This document shows, in pieces, positions 34,987 to 48,260 of a stretch of 64,000 nucleotides of DNA (positions are counted from its first letter, which is position 1; each line of letters starts with the position of its first letter). Source of the stretch: Squalus acanthias (Eukaryota); assembly GCA_030390025.1 (NCBI GenBank), contig JASTWF010000034.1, positions 1,550,001 to 1,614,000 on the forward strand, in the 5' to 3' direction. A program made the position numbers and the translations under genes. The notes beneath the pieces are model-generated. The model was not told the origin of the DNA. It worked only from the letters and a program-made list of their open reading frames with translations, and made no database searches.

Positions 34987-37577
34987 AAATAAAAACAGGA
35001 AATGCTGGAAATACTCAGCAGGTCAGGCAGCATCTGTGGAGAGAGAAACAGAGTTAACTTTTCAGGTCGATGACCCTTCGTCAGAACTGGAAAAAGATAG
35101 AGATGGAACAGGTTTTTAAGCAAGTGCAGGGGCAGGGAAAGGGGGGAGGGGAGGAAAGAACAAAAGGGAAGGTCTGTGATATGATGGAAGGCAGGAGAGA
35201 TGAAGAGACATTAAGAGAGATAAAGAGATGGTGCAAGGCAAAAGGAGATGGTAATGGGACAAGTTAAGAAACAAAGGATGGCTCTAGATGAAGCGCAAAT
35301 TGCACTGGCAGAATGAAAGACAGCTGCCATGAAACAGAGGGAAAAAAAGAAAAAAAATGATTGGGGCAGAGGTCATGTTCTGAAATTGTTGAACTCTATG
35401 TTGATTCCAGAAGGCTATAAAGTGCCCAATCGAAAGATGAGGTGCTGTTCCTCGAGCTTCCGTTGAGATTCATTTAAACAGTGTAAGAGACCGAGAACGG
35501 TGAGGTCAGAGTGGGAGTGGAGCGGTGAATTAAAGTGAGAGGCGACCGGAAGCTTGGGGTCACACTTACGGATTGAATGGAGGTGTTCCGCAAAGCGGTC
35601 ACCCAATCTGTGTTTGGTCTCCCCAATGTAGAGGAGACCGCATCGTGAGCAGCGAATACAGTATACTAAATTTCAAGGAGTACAAGTAAATTGCTGTTTC
35701 ACCTGGAAGGAGGATTTGGGGCCCTGGACAGTGGGAAGGGTGGATGTCAAATGTATGTGTTGCATCTCCTGCGCTTGCACGGGAAGATGCCGGGTGAAGG
35801 GGAAGCAGTGTTGGAGGTGATAGAGGAGTGGACCAGGGTGTCTGGAGTGAGCGGTCCCTTCGGAATGCTGAAAGGGAAGGTGAGTGGAAGATGTGTTTGG
35901 TGGTGGGATCACGCTGGAGGTGGCGGTAATGGCGGAGGATGATCCGTTGAATGTGGAGGCTGGTGGGGTGAAATGTGAGGACAATGGGAATACTATCGTA
36001 GTTCCGGGAGGGAGGGGAAGGGGTGAGAGCAGAGGTGCAGGAAATACAACGGACATGGTCAAGGGCCTTGTCAACCACAGTAGAGGGGAATCCTCGGTTG
36101 AGGAAAAAGGAAGGCATGTCGGAAACACTAATGTAGACGGTGGCATCATCAGAGCAGATGCAGTGGAGGTGGAGAAACTGGGAGAATGGAATAGAGCCCT
36201 TACAGGAAGCGGCGTGGGAGGAAGTGTAGTCCAGGTAGCTGTGGGAGTCAGTGGGCTTGTAGTGAATCTTTGTCAATAGCATATCCCCAGAGATGTAGAC
36301 GGAGAAGTCGAGGAAGGGAAGAGAAGAGTCGGAGATGGACCATGTGAAGGTGAGAGTAGGGTGGAAATTGGAAGCAAAGTGAATGAAATTTTCTAGTTCT
36401 GAGCGAGAGCAGGAAACAGCACCGATACATTCATCGAAGTACCGGGAAAAAAGGTGAGGGTGGGGACCTGAGTAGGACTGGAACAAAGAATGTTCCACAT
36501 ATACCACGAAAAGGCAGGTATAGCTAGGACCCATGCGGGTTCCCATAGCAACACCTTTAATTTGGAGGAAGTGAGTGGAGTCAAAGGAAAAGTTGTTCAA
36601 TGTGAGAACAATTTCAGCCCAGCGGAGGAGGGTGGTGGTGGATGGGGACTGGTTGGGCCTGTGTTCAAGGAAGAAGCGGAGCGCCCTCAGGCCATCCTGG
36701 AGGGCGATAGAGGTGTAGAGGGATTGGACGTCCATAGTGAAAAGGTTTGGTTGGGGCCAGAAAACTGGAAAGTGTTAAATTGAGTGAGGGCATCGGGAGA
36801 GTTGCGGATGTGGGTGGGAAGAGACTGGACAAGGGGAGAAAAAATAGACGAGATAGGAAGAGATAAGTTCCGTGTGGCAAAAACAGGCTGAAACGATGGG
36901 TCTCCCAGGGCAGTCCTGTTAGTGGATCTAGGGAAGGAGGTAGAAGCGGTCTGTGCGGTGTTGGGGCACTATGAGGTTGGCGGCCGTGGAGGGAAGATCT
37001 CCAGAGGAGATGAGGTCAGTGACGGTCTTGGAAACGATGGCTTGATGTTCGGTAGTGGGGTCATGGACCAGGCGGAGGTACGGGGTTGTGTCAGCGAGTT
37101 GGCGTTCAGCCACCGCTTGTTAGAGGCCGGTTCGCCAAACAATCACAGCACCACCCTTGTCAGCACGTTTACTGACAATGTTGGAGTTGGATCTGAGAGA
37201 ATGGAGTGCTGCAAGTTCAGAGGGAGGTAGGTTAAAGTGAATGAGGGGAGCAGAGCCGGCCGATGTCACGCCGGCAGTTTGCAATGAAAAGATCTCGAGA
37301 GGTTAAGGTAGAACGAGAATTGTGAAAACGGGAGAAAGGGTCAGCTGTGCGGGGGGAAGACCCCTGGCCAAAGAAGTGGGCACGGATGCGAAGGCAGCGG
37401 AAAAAGAGCTCAGCATCGTGCCGAGCTCGAAATTCATTCGTATGGGGGCGTAAGGGGATTAGGCTCAGGCATTTGCTACCTCCGTCCTTCCCACCGATGC
37501 TGCCTGACCTGCTGAGTATTTGCTGCATTTTCTGTTTTTATTTCAGATTTCCAGCATGCGCAGTATTTTGCTTTTGT
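34987..37577 (-). mobile_element. Penelope-like retroelement (RT plus GIY-YIG endonuclease), frameshifted, with inverted terminal repeat and 15-bp TSD
   Basis: RT: MDVQSLYTSI, QIKGVAMGTRMGPSY, RYFDE, PFLD, YKPTDSHSYL. Endonuclease: VYCIRCSRCGLLYIGET...RFAEH...VASHFN. acctttctgattctg flanks both ends (34972-34986 and 37578-37592). 34987-35035 is inverted relative to about 37495-37545. Confidence 0.92.
35052..35088 (-). ncRNA. Minimal type I hammerhead ribozyme motif in the Penelope 3' terminal repeat
   Basis: AGUU-CUGACGA-A-GGGUC-AUC-GACCU-GAA-AAGU-U-AACU: both core boxes, stem II and a 4-bp stem I are present; the stem III palindrome is mutated. Confidence 0.65.
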
Positions 37578-38204
37578 ACCTTTCTGATTCTGCCTTGTCC
37601 ATTGATATGTTAATCCGTTAATAGCCCAGGGCAGCACTGCTCTGACCAGGACATTTTTTTTGCTGATTTAAAACCTTTACCTCTGGCACTTGTTGTGAAA
37701 ATATCAAACACTGATCCCACACGAGCCCCCGCACTTTATCTTCTGTTCACTCCCTCAGTTAAACAGAAGAGAAAGGGCGAAGATACGGGAGGGTGAGAGT
37801 AACAGATACTGAAACTAATATACAGAATATACAGAATCAGTGAGAGGGACTGAGAAACTGAAACAAACAATAGAGGCGGTATTTTAAACCGGGCAATGTG
37901 GGATCAGAGAGAGATACAGAAAGATGTGCAGAGAGACTCAGAAATAATGCCACACTCAGAACCTCATTAAAATGGCCACGGCGGCGTGTATTCCAAGCTG
38001 GGAACATCCCCGCACTCCCCAGAAAGTGCGAACCTCTCTTTTAAAAGGGGTTAAGCTGTTGATTCCTTTGGGACACTTATTAAAATCGCCGTCCTGGGAT
38101 TGATTTTTGAATCTTGACATTCTGGAAGGATGTGACAGAGGGGCTTTTCTGCAGACGCTGGGAGCGGGGCAGTGACTAAACACTGGAGACCCCCAGAGCC
38201 ACTG

Positions 38205-41200
38205 TCTCTCCCTGTGTGTTTAACCCAGTCAACCCCTCTCTCTCTATCTCTCTCCCGGTTTCTCTCTCTCTCTCTCCCAGTTTCTCTTTCTGCCTCTCTC
38301 TCTCTCTCTCTCTCCTTTTATCTCTCTCTCTCCCTTTCTCTCTCTCTCTCTCTCCCAGTTTCTCCCTCTCTCTCCCAGTTATCTCTCTCCCAGTTTCTCT
38401 CTCTCTCTCCCAGTTTCTCTCTCTCCCAGTTTCTCGCTGTCTCTCTCTCTCTCTCTCTCCCAATTTCTCTCTCTCTATCCCAGTTTTTCACTCTCTTTCC
38501 CAGCTTCTCTCTCTCCCTCTGTCTCTCTCTCTCTCCCAGTTTCTCTCTCTCTCTCTCTCTGTCTCTGTCTCTCTCTCTCCCGGTTTCTCTCTCTCTCTCT
38601 CTTTCTCCCCGTTTCTCTCTCTCTCTCCCAGTTTCACTCTCTGTCTCTCTCTCTCTCTCCCAGTTTCTCTCTCTCTGTCTCTCTCCCGGTTTCTATCTCT
38701 CTCCCTCCCAGTTTCTCTCTCTGTCTGTCTCTCTCTCTCCCAGTTTGTTTCTCGGTCTCTCTCTCTCTCTCTCCTGGTTTATCTCTCTCTCTCTCCTGGT
38801 TACTCTCTCTCTCTCTCAAAGTCTCTCTCTCTTTCTCTCTCTCTCGGTTTCTGTCTCTCTCTCTCTCCTGATTTATCTCTTTCTCTGTCTCTCTCTCTCT
38901 CCCTGTTCATTTCTCTCTCTCTCCTTGTTTCTCTCTCTCTCTCATTCTCTTCTGGTTTCTCTCTCTATGTCTAGCTCTTCCTCCTAGTTTATCTTTCTCT
39001 CTGTCTCTCTCTCTCTCTATCCCAGTTTCTCTCTCTCTCTCCCAGTTTCTTTCTCTGTCTTTCTCTGTCTCTCTCTCCCAGTTTTTCTCTCTCTCCCCGT
39101 TTCTCTGTCTGTCTGTCTCTCTCTCTCCCGGTTTCTCTCTCTTTCTCTCCCAGTTTATCTCTCTCTCCCGGTCTCTCTCTCTCTCTCCCAGTTTCACTCT
39201 CTCTCTCTCCTCCATTTCTCTCTCTGTCTCTCTCTCTCTCCCAGTTTCTCCCTATCTCTCCCAGTGTCTCTCTCTCTCCCAGTTTCTCTCTCTTCCCTCT
39301 GTCTCTCTCTCCCAATTTCACTCTCTCTCTCCCAATTTCTCTCTCTGCCTGTCTCTCTCATTCCTAGTTTCTCTCTCTACCCTTTGTCTCTCTCTCTCTC
39401 TCCCAATTTCTCTCTCTTTCTCCCAGTTTTTCTCTCTCTCTCCCAGCTTCTCTCTCTCCCTCTGTAGCTCTCTCTCCCTCTCTCAGTTTCTCTCTCTCTC
39501 TTTCTCCCGGTTTTTGTCTCCCTCTCTCCCAGTTTCTCTCTCTGTCTGTCTCTCTCTCCCAGTTTCTCTCTCGGTCTCTCTCTCTCTCCTGATTTTTCTC
39601 TCTCTCTGTGTCTCTCTCTCCCTGTTCCTTTTTCTCTCTCTCTCCTTGTCTCTCTCTCTCTCACTCTCTTCTGGTTTCTCTCTATGTGTCTCTCTCTTTC
39701 TCCCGGTTTCTATTTCTCTCTGTCTCTCTCTCTCTCTCTCCCCGGGTTTCTCTCTCTCTCTCTCTCTATCCCAGTTTCTCTCTCGCTCTCCCAGTTTCTT
39801 TCTCTTTTTCTCTCTGTCACTCTCTCCCAGTTTCTCTCTCTCTCTTCCAGTTTTTCTCTGTCTCCCAGTTTCTCTCTGTCTCTCAGTTTATCGCTCTCTC
39901 TCTCTCGCTCCCGGTTTCTCTCTCTCTCGCAGTTTCTCTCTCTGTCTCTCTCTCCTTTTCTCTCTCTCTCTCTTTCTCTCTCTAGGTATCTCTCTCTCTC
40001 TCTCTCTCTCCCAGATTCACTCTCTCTCTCTCCCGCCCTTTCTCTCTCTGTCTCCCTCTCTCTCCCAGTTTCTCTCTCCCAGTTTTTCTCTCTCTCCCAG
40101 TTACTCTCTCTCTCCCAGTTTCTCTCTCTCTCTCTCCTAGTTTCTCTCTCTCTCTCCCAGTTTAACTCTCTATTCCCTTTGTCCGTCTCTCTCTCTCCAA
40201 ATTTCTCTCTCTCTCTCTCCCAATTTCTCTCTCTCTCCCAGATTTTCTCTCTCTCTCCCGGCTTTTCTCTCTCCCTCTGTCTCTCTCTCTCTCTCAGTTC
40301 CTCTCTCTCTCTCTTTCTCCCGGTTGTTCTATCTCTCCCAGTTTCTCTCTCTCTCTGTCTCTCTCCCGGTTTCTATCTCCATCTCTCCGAGTTTCTCTCT
40401 CTGTCTGTCTCTCTCTCTCCCAGTGTCTCTCTCTGTTTCTCTGTGTCTCTCTCTCTCCCTGTTCCTTTCTCTCTCTCTCTCGCCCGGTTTCTCTCCCTCT
40501 CTTGGTTTCTCTCTGTGTGTGTATCTCTCTCTCCCTGTTCCTTTCTCTCTCTGTCTCCTGGTTTCTATCTCTCTCTTTCTCCCGGGTTCTCTCTCTCTCT
40601 CTCTTCTGGTTTCTCTCTCTCTCTCTCTCTTCTGATTTCTCTCTCTGTCTCTCTCTCTCTGCCGGTCTCTCTCTCTCTCTCTCTCTCTCTCATGGTTTCT
40701 CTCTCTGTGTGTGTGTCTCTCTCTCCTTGTTCCTTACTCCCTCTCGCCCGGTTTCTCTCTCTCTCTCTCAAGGTTTCTCTCTCTGTGTGTGTCTCTCTCT
40801 CCCTGTTCCTTTCTCTCTCTCTCTCTCTCTCGCCCGGTTTCTCTCTCGGTGTGTGTCTCTCTCTCCTCGTTCCTTTCTCTCTCTCGCCCGGTTTCTCTCT
40901 CTCTCTCTCAAGGTTTCTCTCTCTGTGTGTGTCTCTCTCTCCCTGTTCCTTTCTCTCTCTCTCTCTCTCTCGCCCGGTTTCTCTCTCGGTGTGTGTCTCT
41001 CTCTCCTTGTTCCTTTCTCTCTCTCGCCCGGTTTCTCTCTCTCTCTCTCAAGGTTTCTCTCTCTGTGTGTGTCTCTCTCTCCCTGTTCCTTTCTCTCTCT
41101 CTCTCGCGCGGTTTCTCTCTCGGTGTGTGTCTCTCTCTCCTTGTTCCTTTCTCTCTCTCGCCCGGTTTCTCTCTCTCTCTCTCAAGGTTTCTCTCTCTGT

Positions 41201-41646
41201 GTGTGTCTCTCTCTCCCTGTTCCTTTCTCTCTCTCTCTGTCTCTCGCCCGGTTTCTCTCTCGGTGTGTGTCTCTCTCTCCTTGTTCCTTTCTCTCTCTCG
41301 CCCGGTTTCTCTCTCTCTCTCTCTCATGGTTTCTCTCTGTGTTTGTGTCTCTCTCTCCCTGTTCCTTTCTCTCTCTGTCTCCTGGTTTCTATCTCTCTCT
41401 CTCTCCCGGGTTCTCTCTCTCGCTCTCTTCTGGTTTCTCTCTCTCTGTCTCTCTCTCTCTCTCTCTCCCAGTTTCTCTCTCTCTTGGTTTCTGTGTGTGT
41501 GTCTCTCTCTCTCTCCCTGTTCCTTCCCCTCTCTCTCTCTTAGTTTCTCTCTCTCTCTCTCTCTCTCTCTGTCTCACTCTCTCACTCTCCTGGTTTCTGT
41601 TCTCTCTTGTCTCTCTCTCTCCCGGTTTCTCTCTCTCTCTCTTTCC

Positions 41647-41677
<31 letters not shown>

Positions 41678-41790
41678 ACGCGGTTTATCTCTCTCTCTCC
41701 TATTTTCTCTCTCTCTCTCCTGGTTTCTCTCTCTCTCTCCCGGTTTCTCTCTCTCTCTCTCCCTGTTCCTCGCTCGCTCTCTCGCTCCCA
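38205..41790. repeat. 3.6-kb CT-rich compound microsatellite with a higher-order repeat near 40690-41330
   Basis: (CT)n runs punctuated by cccagttt/cccggttt; almost all pyrimidine on the + strand. Confidence 0.97.
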
Positions 41791-42284
41791 TTTATTTCTC
41801 CCTATCTCGGATTTAATCGTGACTGAAAGGTACTCTGAAATGTTTCTGTCTCACCATTTGAAATAACGACAAATCCAATTGCTCTGGGCGGCATTGTTTA
41901 CAGTCCTAAGTAGAGAAATTGAGAGACAAGGAAAATGGAGAGAAATTGAGACAGAGGGAAGAGAGACAGAGAGACAGAGAGAACTCCACACTCAGAACCT
42001 CATTAAAATGAATTAAAATGGCCACCGCGCATCTCACTTAACCGTCAAAATCATCGCACTGCCCAAAACACCAACATTATTCTGGAATTATAACAAGCAC
42101 GGGTTCCCGTTGAGGACTTCACTTTCTTCTTGGAGCCCTTTTTAGGAAATAGGTCCTTCCCATCCACTGTATCTAGGCCCCTCATAATTTTATTAACCTC
42201 CATTTAATCTCCCTCATACTCCTCTATTCCAAAGAAAACAACCCCAGCTTATATTGTGCCTGTGTGTTTAACCCAGTCAACTCC

Positions 42285-42432
42285 TCCTCTCTGTCTGTCT
42301 CTCTCTCCCTGTCTCTCTCTCCCTGTTTCTCTCCTTCTGTTTCTGTGTCTCTCTCTCTGGCTCTCTCTGTGTCTCTCTCTGTCTGTCTCTCTCTCCCTGT
42401 CTCTCTCTCCCTGTTTCTCTCCTTCTGTTTCT

Positions 42433-42477
<45 letters not shown>

Positions 42478-43070
42478 TCTGTCTCTCTCTCTCTGTCTCT
42501 CTCTCCCTGTTTCACTCTCCCTCGGTTTCTCTCTCCCTCGGTTTCTGTCTGTTTGTGAGTGTCTCACTCTCTCTCTCCCTGTCTCGCTGTCTCCTTCTCG
42601 CCCTTTGTTTCTCTATCTCCTTTTCTCATACCCTCACTCTTCCTCTGTGTCTCTCTTTCTCCCTCCCTCTCTCTCTTTATCTTTTATTCCTACTGACTTT
42701 CTGCCTCTCCGTTTCGTTCTCTCTGCCTATCTCGCCATCTTTTTCTGCCTCATTGTAAAAACACAAACACTGGCGATCCCCGTGTCTCTCCCTCTCCCTG
42801 CCCTCCTGTACCCGCTCGGCTCAGGATAGTTGCTCTGTGTGCATTAAATGTTACAGTGCATCTCCCACTTCTGTCATTTAACAGTCACGTCCATCTGTGT
42901 CCCCCTCTCTCTCACTCTCTCTCTCTCCCTCTCTCTTTCTGCCCCTATCTCTCTCTCCCTCGCTTTCATTTTCACTCCCCCTCTCTCTGTTCCTATCGAG
43001 GTCCCCATCTCTGTCCCTATTTCTCTTTCTTTTAATCATCTGCTCTCTCTCTATTTCTTTCACTCTATCT
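42285..43070. repeat. CT-rich low-complexity tract
   Basis: Directly visible. Confidence 0.85.
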
Positions 43071-43529
43071 CAGCTTTAATCTTGATTGAAATGTACTCTG
43101 AAATGTTTATATCTACCATTTGAAATGACGACAACTCACATTGCTGTATGCTGCATTTTTTAGATGTTAAAGTTTTAGAGAGGGAGACGGTGAAAGCTGG
43201 AGAGAGACAACAACACAACTTTTATTTGTATAGTGCCTTTAATGTAGTAATACCTCCCAGGGCGCTTCACAGGAGTTTTATAAAACAAAATTTGACATCG
43301 AGCCACATAACAGATAAAGATGGAGAGAGACACAGAGCAAGATGGAGTGAAATATACACAATAATAAATCCACACTCAGAACCTCAGTAAAATGAATTAA
43401 AATGGCCACCGCGCATCTCATTTAACCGACAAAATCATCGCATCGCCCAAAACACCAACATTTTTCTGGAATAACAAGCCTTTGCACGGGTTCACATGGA
43501 GGACTTTAATTTCACAAACTCAGGAGCGC

Positions 43530-43655
43530 TCTACAGCAAACGCGGCAGCCAATCTGTCCACAGCAAGCTCCCACAAACAACAATGTGTTAATAACCAGAT
43601 GATCGGTTTCAGTGATGTTGGTTGAGAGATAAATGTTGGCCTCAGGACATCAGAG
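43530..43655 (-). mobile_element. DeuSINE (SacSINE1/AmnSINE-type) central-domain fragment
   Basis: Reverse complement tctcaaccaacatcactgaaa...tgtttgtgggagcttgctgtggacagattggctgccgcgttt. Second copy at 48115-48260. Family name from recollection. Confidence 0.55.
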
Positions 43656-43704
43656 AGCGACACCAGCAGAGGGAGGTAGCGATAGGCATGCAACTGAGTG
43701 TGCC

Positions 43705-45880
43705 CTGATAGAGACACACCAACAGAGGGAGAGAGAGAGAAATGTGTGTAACTCTGTGCAGTGATAGAGAGACACCAGGAGGGGGAGAGAGAGAGAAAGG
43801 TGTGTAACTCTGTGCAGTGATAGAGAGACACCAGGAGGGGGAGAGAGAGAGAAAGTTGTGTAACCTAAGAGGCAAGAGAGAGGTGTGTAACTCTTGTAGT
43901 GATAGAGAGACACCAGGAGAGGGAGAGAGAGGTGTGTAACTCTGTGTAGTGATAGAGAGACACCAGGAGACAGAGAGGGAGAGAAAGGTGTGTAACACTG
44001 TGTCTGATAGAGAGACACCAGAAGAGGGAGAGAGAGAGAAAGGTGTGTAACTCTGTGTAGTGATAGAGAGACACAGGAGAGGGAGAGAGAGAGAAAGGTG
44101 TGTAACTCTGTGTAGCTGATAGAGAGGACACCAGGAGACAGAGAGGGAGAGAAAGCTGTGTAACTCTGTGTCTGATAGAGAGACACCAGGAGAGGGAGAG
44201 CGAGAGAAAAGGTGTGTAACTCTGTGTAGGATAGAGACGACCCAGGAGTGGGAGAGCGAGAGAAGGTGTGTACTCTGTGTAGTGATAGAGAGACACCAGA
44301 GAGGAGAGAGGAGAGAAAGGTGTGTAACTCTGTGTCTGATAGAGAGACACCAGGAGAGGGAGAGGAGAGAAAGGTGTGTAACTCTGTGTAGTGATAGAGA
44401 GACACCAGGAGAGGGAGAGAGAGAGAAAGGTGTGTAACTCTGTGTAGTGATAGAGAGACACCAGGAGAGGGAGAGAGAGAGAAAGGTGTGTAACTCTGTG
44501 TCTGATAGAGAGACACCAGGAGAGGGAGAGAGAGAGAAAGGTGTGTAACTCTGTGTAGTGATAGAGAGACACCAGGAGAGGGAGAGGAGAGAGAAAGGTG
44601 TGTAACTCTGTGTCTGATAGATACACCAGGAGGTGGGAGAGGGAGAGAAAGGTGTGTAACTCTGTGAAGTGAGTAGAGAGACAACCAGGAGAGTGAGAGG
44701 AGAGAAAGGTGTGTAACTCTGTGTCGTGATAGAGAGACACCAGGAGTGGGGAGAGAGAGAGAAAGGTGGTAACTCTGTGTAGTGATAAGAGAGACACCAG
44801 GAGAGGGAGAGGGAGAGAAGGTGTGTAACTCTGTGTCTGATAGAGAGACACCAGGAGAGTGAGAGGGAGAGAAAGGTGTGTAACTCTGTGTAGTGATAGA
44901 GAGACACCAGGAGAGGGAGAGCGAGAGAAAGGTGTGTAACTCTGTGTAGTGATAGAGAGACACCAGGAGAGGGAGAGAGAGAGAAAGGTGTGTAACTCTG
45001 TGTAGTGATAGAGAGACACCAGGAGACAGAGAGGGAGAGAAAGGTGTGTAACTCTGTGTCTGATAGAGAGACACCAGGAGAGGGAGAGGGAGAGAAAGGT
45101 GTGTAACTCTGTGTAGTGATAGAGAGACACCAGGAGAGGGAGAGGGAGAGAAAGGTGTGTAACTCTGTGTAGTGATAGAGAGACACCAGGAGAGGGAGAG
45201 AGAGAAAGGTGTGTAACTCTGTGTAGTGATAGAGAGACACCAGGAGAGGAGAGCGAGAGAAAGGTGTGTAACTCTGTGTCTGATAGAGAGACACCAGGAG
45301 AGGGAGAGAGAGAGAGAAAGGTGTGTAACTCTGTGTAGTGATAGAGAGACACCAGGAGAGGGAGAGCGAGAGAAAGGTGTGTAACTCTGTGTAGTGATAG
45401 AGAGACACCAGGAGAGGGAGAGCGAGAGAAAGGTGTGTAACTCTGTGTCTGATAGAGAGACACCAGGAGAGGGAGAGGGAGAGAAAGGTGTGTAACTCTG
45501 TGTAGTGATAGAGAGACACCAGGAGAGGGAGAGCGAGAGAAAGGTGTGTAACTCTGTGTCTGATAGAGAGACACCAGGAGAGGGAGAGGGAGAGAAAGGT
45601 GTGTAACTCTGTGTCTGATAGAGAGACACCAGGAGAGTGAGAGGGAGAGAAAGGTGTGTAACTCTGTGTAGTGATAGAGAGACACCAGGAGAGGGAGAGG
45701 GAGAGAAAGGTGTGTAACTCTGTGTCTGATAGAGAGACACCAGGAGAGTGAGAGGGAGAGAAAGGTGTGTAACTCTGTGTAGTGATAGAGAGACACCAGG
45801 AGAGGGAGAGAGAGAGAAAGGTGTGTAACTCTGTGTAGTGATAGAGAGACACCAGGAGAGAGAGAGAGAGGTAGGTAACT
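43705..45880. repeat. Minisatellite, about 55-57-bp unit aaaggtgtgtaactctgtgtagtgatagagagacaccaggagagggagagggagag, about 39 copies
   Basis: Directly visible and highly homogeneous; two interleaved variants (gtAGtgata and gtCtgata). Confidence 0.97.
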
Positions 45881-47434
45881 ATGTGCAGTAAGCGATACAG
45901 AATAAGATAGAGAGAGAAACCACAGACCCCACACAGGAACGGGGCCAAGAACAGTTCCCAGTGATTCCACCCACAGCTCACACCCAAGCTAGCAGAGAGA
46001 TTGGAAGGAGCAAGTGGGGAATGGGACCTACTTCTACCCCTTCCTCGCCCCCTCTCCATCGCGCCCGCTGTAACCTCCTACCCCTCAGGGGTGTGTATTC
46101 CAAGGCTGGGAACATCCACTCACTCCCCAGAAAGTTCGAAACTCTCTCTTTAAACTGGCATTAAGCTGCTGATTCCTGTGGGACACTTATTAAAATCACC
46201 GTCCCGGGATTTATTTTTGAATCTTGACATTCGTGAACGGTGTGACAGAGGGGCTTTTCTGCAGAGGCTGGGAGCGGGGCAGTGACTGCACACTGGAGAA
46301 CCCAGAGCCTGTGCCTCTCCCTGTGTGTTTAACCCAGTGAACTCCCTCTGTGTCTCTCCCTCTGCCTCTCTCTCTCTCTCTCCCTGTTTCTGTCTCCCTC
46401 TGTCTCTCTTTCTTTCTCCCCCATTTATTTCTCCCTATCTTGGATTTAATTTTGATTGAAATGTACTCTGACATATTTCTGGCTCACCGTTTAAAACAAC
46501 GACAAATCCAATTTTTGTGGACGGCATTTTTACTTATTAAAGGGCAGAATAGAGAAATTGAGAGGCAGTCAAAGATGGAGTGAAGGTAAATATCTCATTG
46601 CTGTATGTCATTTTTTAAACATAATTAAGATTGAAAGAGACAGATAGAGGGAGAGGGTAAAAAATGATACAGACAGAGAGAGATATAGAGAGAGACAGAC
46701 AGAGGGAGAGAAAGAGAGAGACAGGCAGAGGGAGATATAGAGAGAGACAGACAGAGCGAGAGATAGAGAGAGACAGACTGAGGGAGGGAGAGAGACATGC
46801 AGAGGGAGGGAGAGAGACAGACAGAATGAGGCAGAGAGACAGACAGAGGGAGAGGGAGACAGACAGACAGAGGGCGAGAAAGAGACGTACAGAAGGGAAG
46901 ATGAAGAAAGAGAGAGACAGAGAAATCGACACTCAGAACCACAGTTAAATGAATGGTGTTTATCCCAGTCAACTCTCTGTGTCTCTCCCTCTGTATCTCT
47001 CTCTCTCTCTCTCCCTTTTATTTCTCCCTATCTCGGATTTAATCGTGATTGAAATGTACTCTGAAATTATTCTGTCTCACCATTTAAAATAACGACAAAT
47101 TCAATTGCTGTGGGCGGCACTGTTTACGTATTAAATGGTTAAATAGAGAAATTGAGAGACAGTCAAAGGTGGAGAGAAAGAGAGACAGAGGGAAAGAGGA
47201 GAGAGATTGAGTCATCAACAACTTGTATTTATACAGCGCCTTTAACATAGTAAAACGTCCCAAGGCGCTGCACAGCAGTATTGAAAGACAAAAAATTTGA
47301 AATAAGGAACATATCATTGCTTTCTGTCATTTTTTAAACAGAGTTAAGGCTGAAAGAGACCGACAAAGGGAGAGGGTGAGAAAGAGAGATACAGAGAGAG
47401 GGAGAGATAGAGAGAGATCGACAGAGGGAGAGAA

Positions 47435-47466
<32 letters not shown>

Positions 47467-47498
47467 GGAGAGAAAGAGAAAGAGAGAGAGAAAGACAC

Positions 47499-47529
<31 letters not shown>

Positions 47530-48114
47530 GGGCGAGGAAGAGACAGACAGACAGACAGATGGAGAGAAAAATAGAGAGAGACAGAGGGAGAGAAAGAGAC
47601 AGAGAGAAGGAAAGATGTAGAAAGAGAGAGACAGAGAAATCCACACTCAGAACCTCAGTAAAATGAATTAAAATGGTGTTCATCCAAGTCAACTCTCTGT
47701 GTCTCTGCCTCTGCCTCTCCCTCTATCTCTCTCCCTTTTATTTCTCCCTATCTCGGATTTAGTCCTGATTGAAATGTACTCTGAAATGTTACTTTCTCAC
47801 CAATTATAATATTGACAAATCCTCTTGCTGTGGGCGGCATTGTTTACGTATTTAAGGGTTAAATAGAGAAATTGAGAGACAAGGAAAATGGAGCGAAATT
47901 GAGAGACAGAGGGAATAGAGGGAGAGACAGAGAGAACTCCACACTCAGAACCCCAGTAAAGTGAATTAAAATGGCCAGCGCGCATTTCAGTTAACCGATA
48001 AAATCATCACACTGTCCAAAACACCAGCATTATTCAGGAATTATAAAAAGCCTGTAGTCGGGTCATGTTGAGGACTTTAATTTCAGAACCTCAGGAGCGC
48101 TTTACAGCCAATGA

Positions 48115-48260
48115 GCTCATTTTTGAAATGTAGTCACTGTTTTATTGTAGGAAACACGGCAGCCAATTTGAGAACGGCAAGCTCCCACAAGCAACAGTGT
48201 GATAACAACCGGATGGTCGGTTTCAGTGATGTTGGTTGAGGGATAAATATTGCCCCCACG
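48115..48260 (-). mobile_element. DeuSINE central-domain fragment
   Basis: Reverse complement ...gtgggagcttgccgttctcaaattggctgccgtgtttcctacaataaaacagtgactacatttcaaaa. Confidence 0.55.

Noticed and set aside
38172..41866. Long ORFs of up to 619 aa (SLSL.../ERER...)
   Set aside because: Translations of CT/GA microsatellite that lacks stop codons; no coding signal.
43642..46059. ORFs of about 700-805 aa in three minus-strand frames
   Set aside because: All three frames are open because the 55-bp unit has no stop on that strand; repeat artefact.
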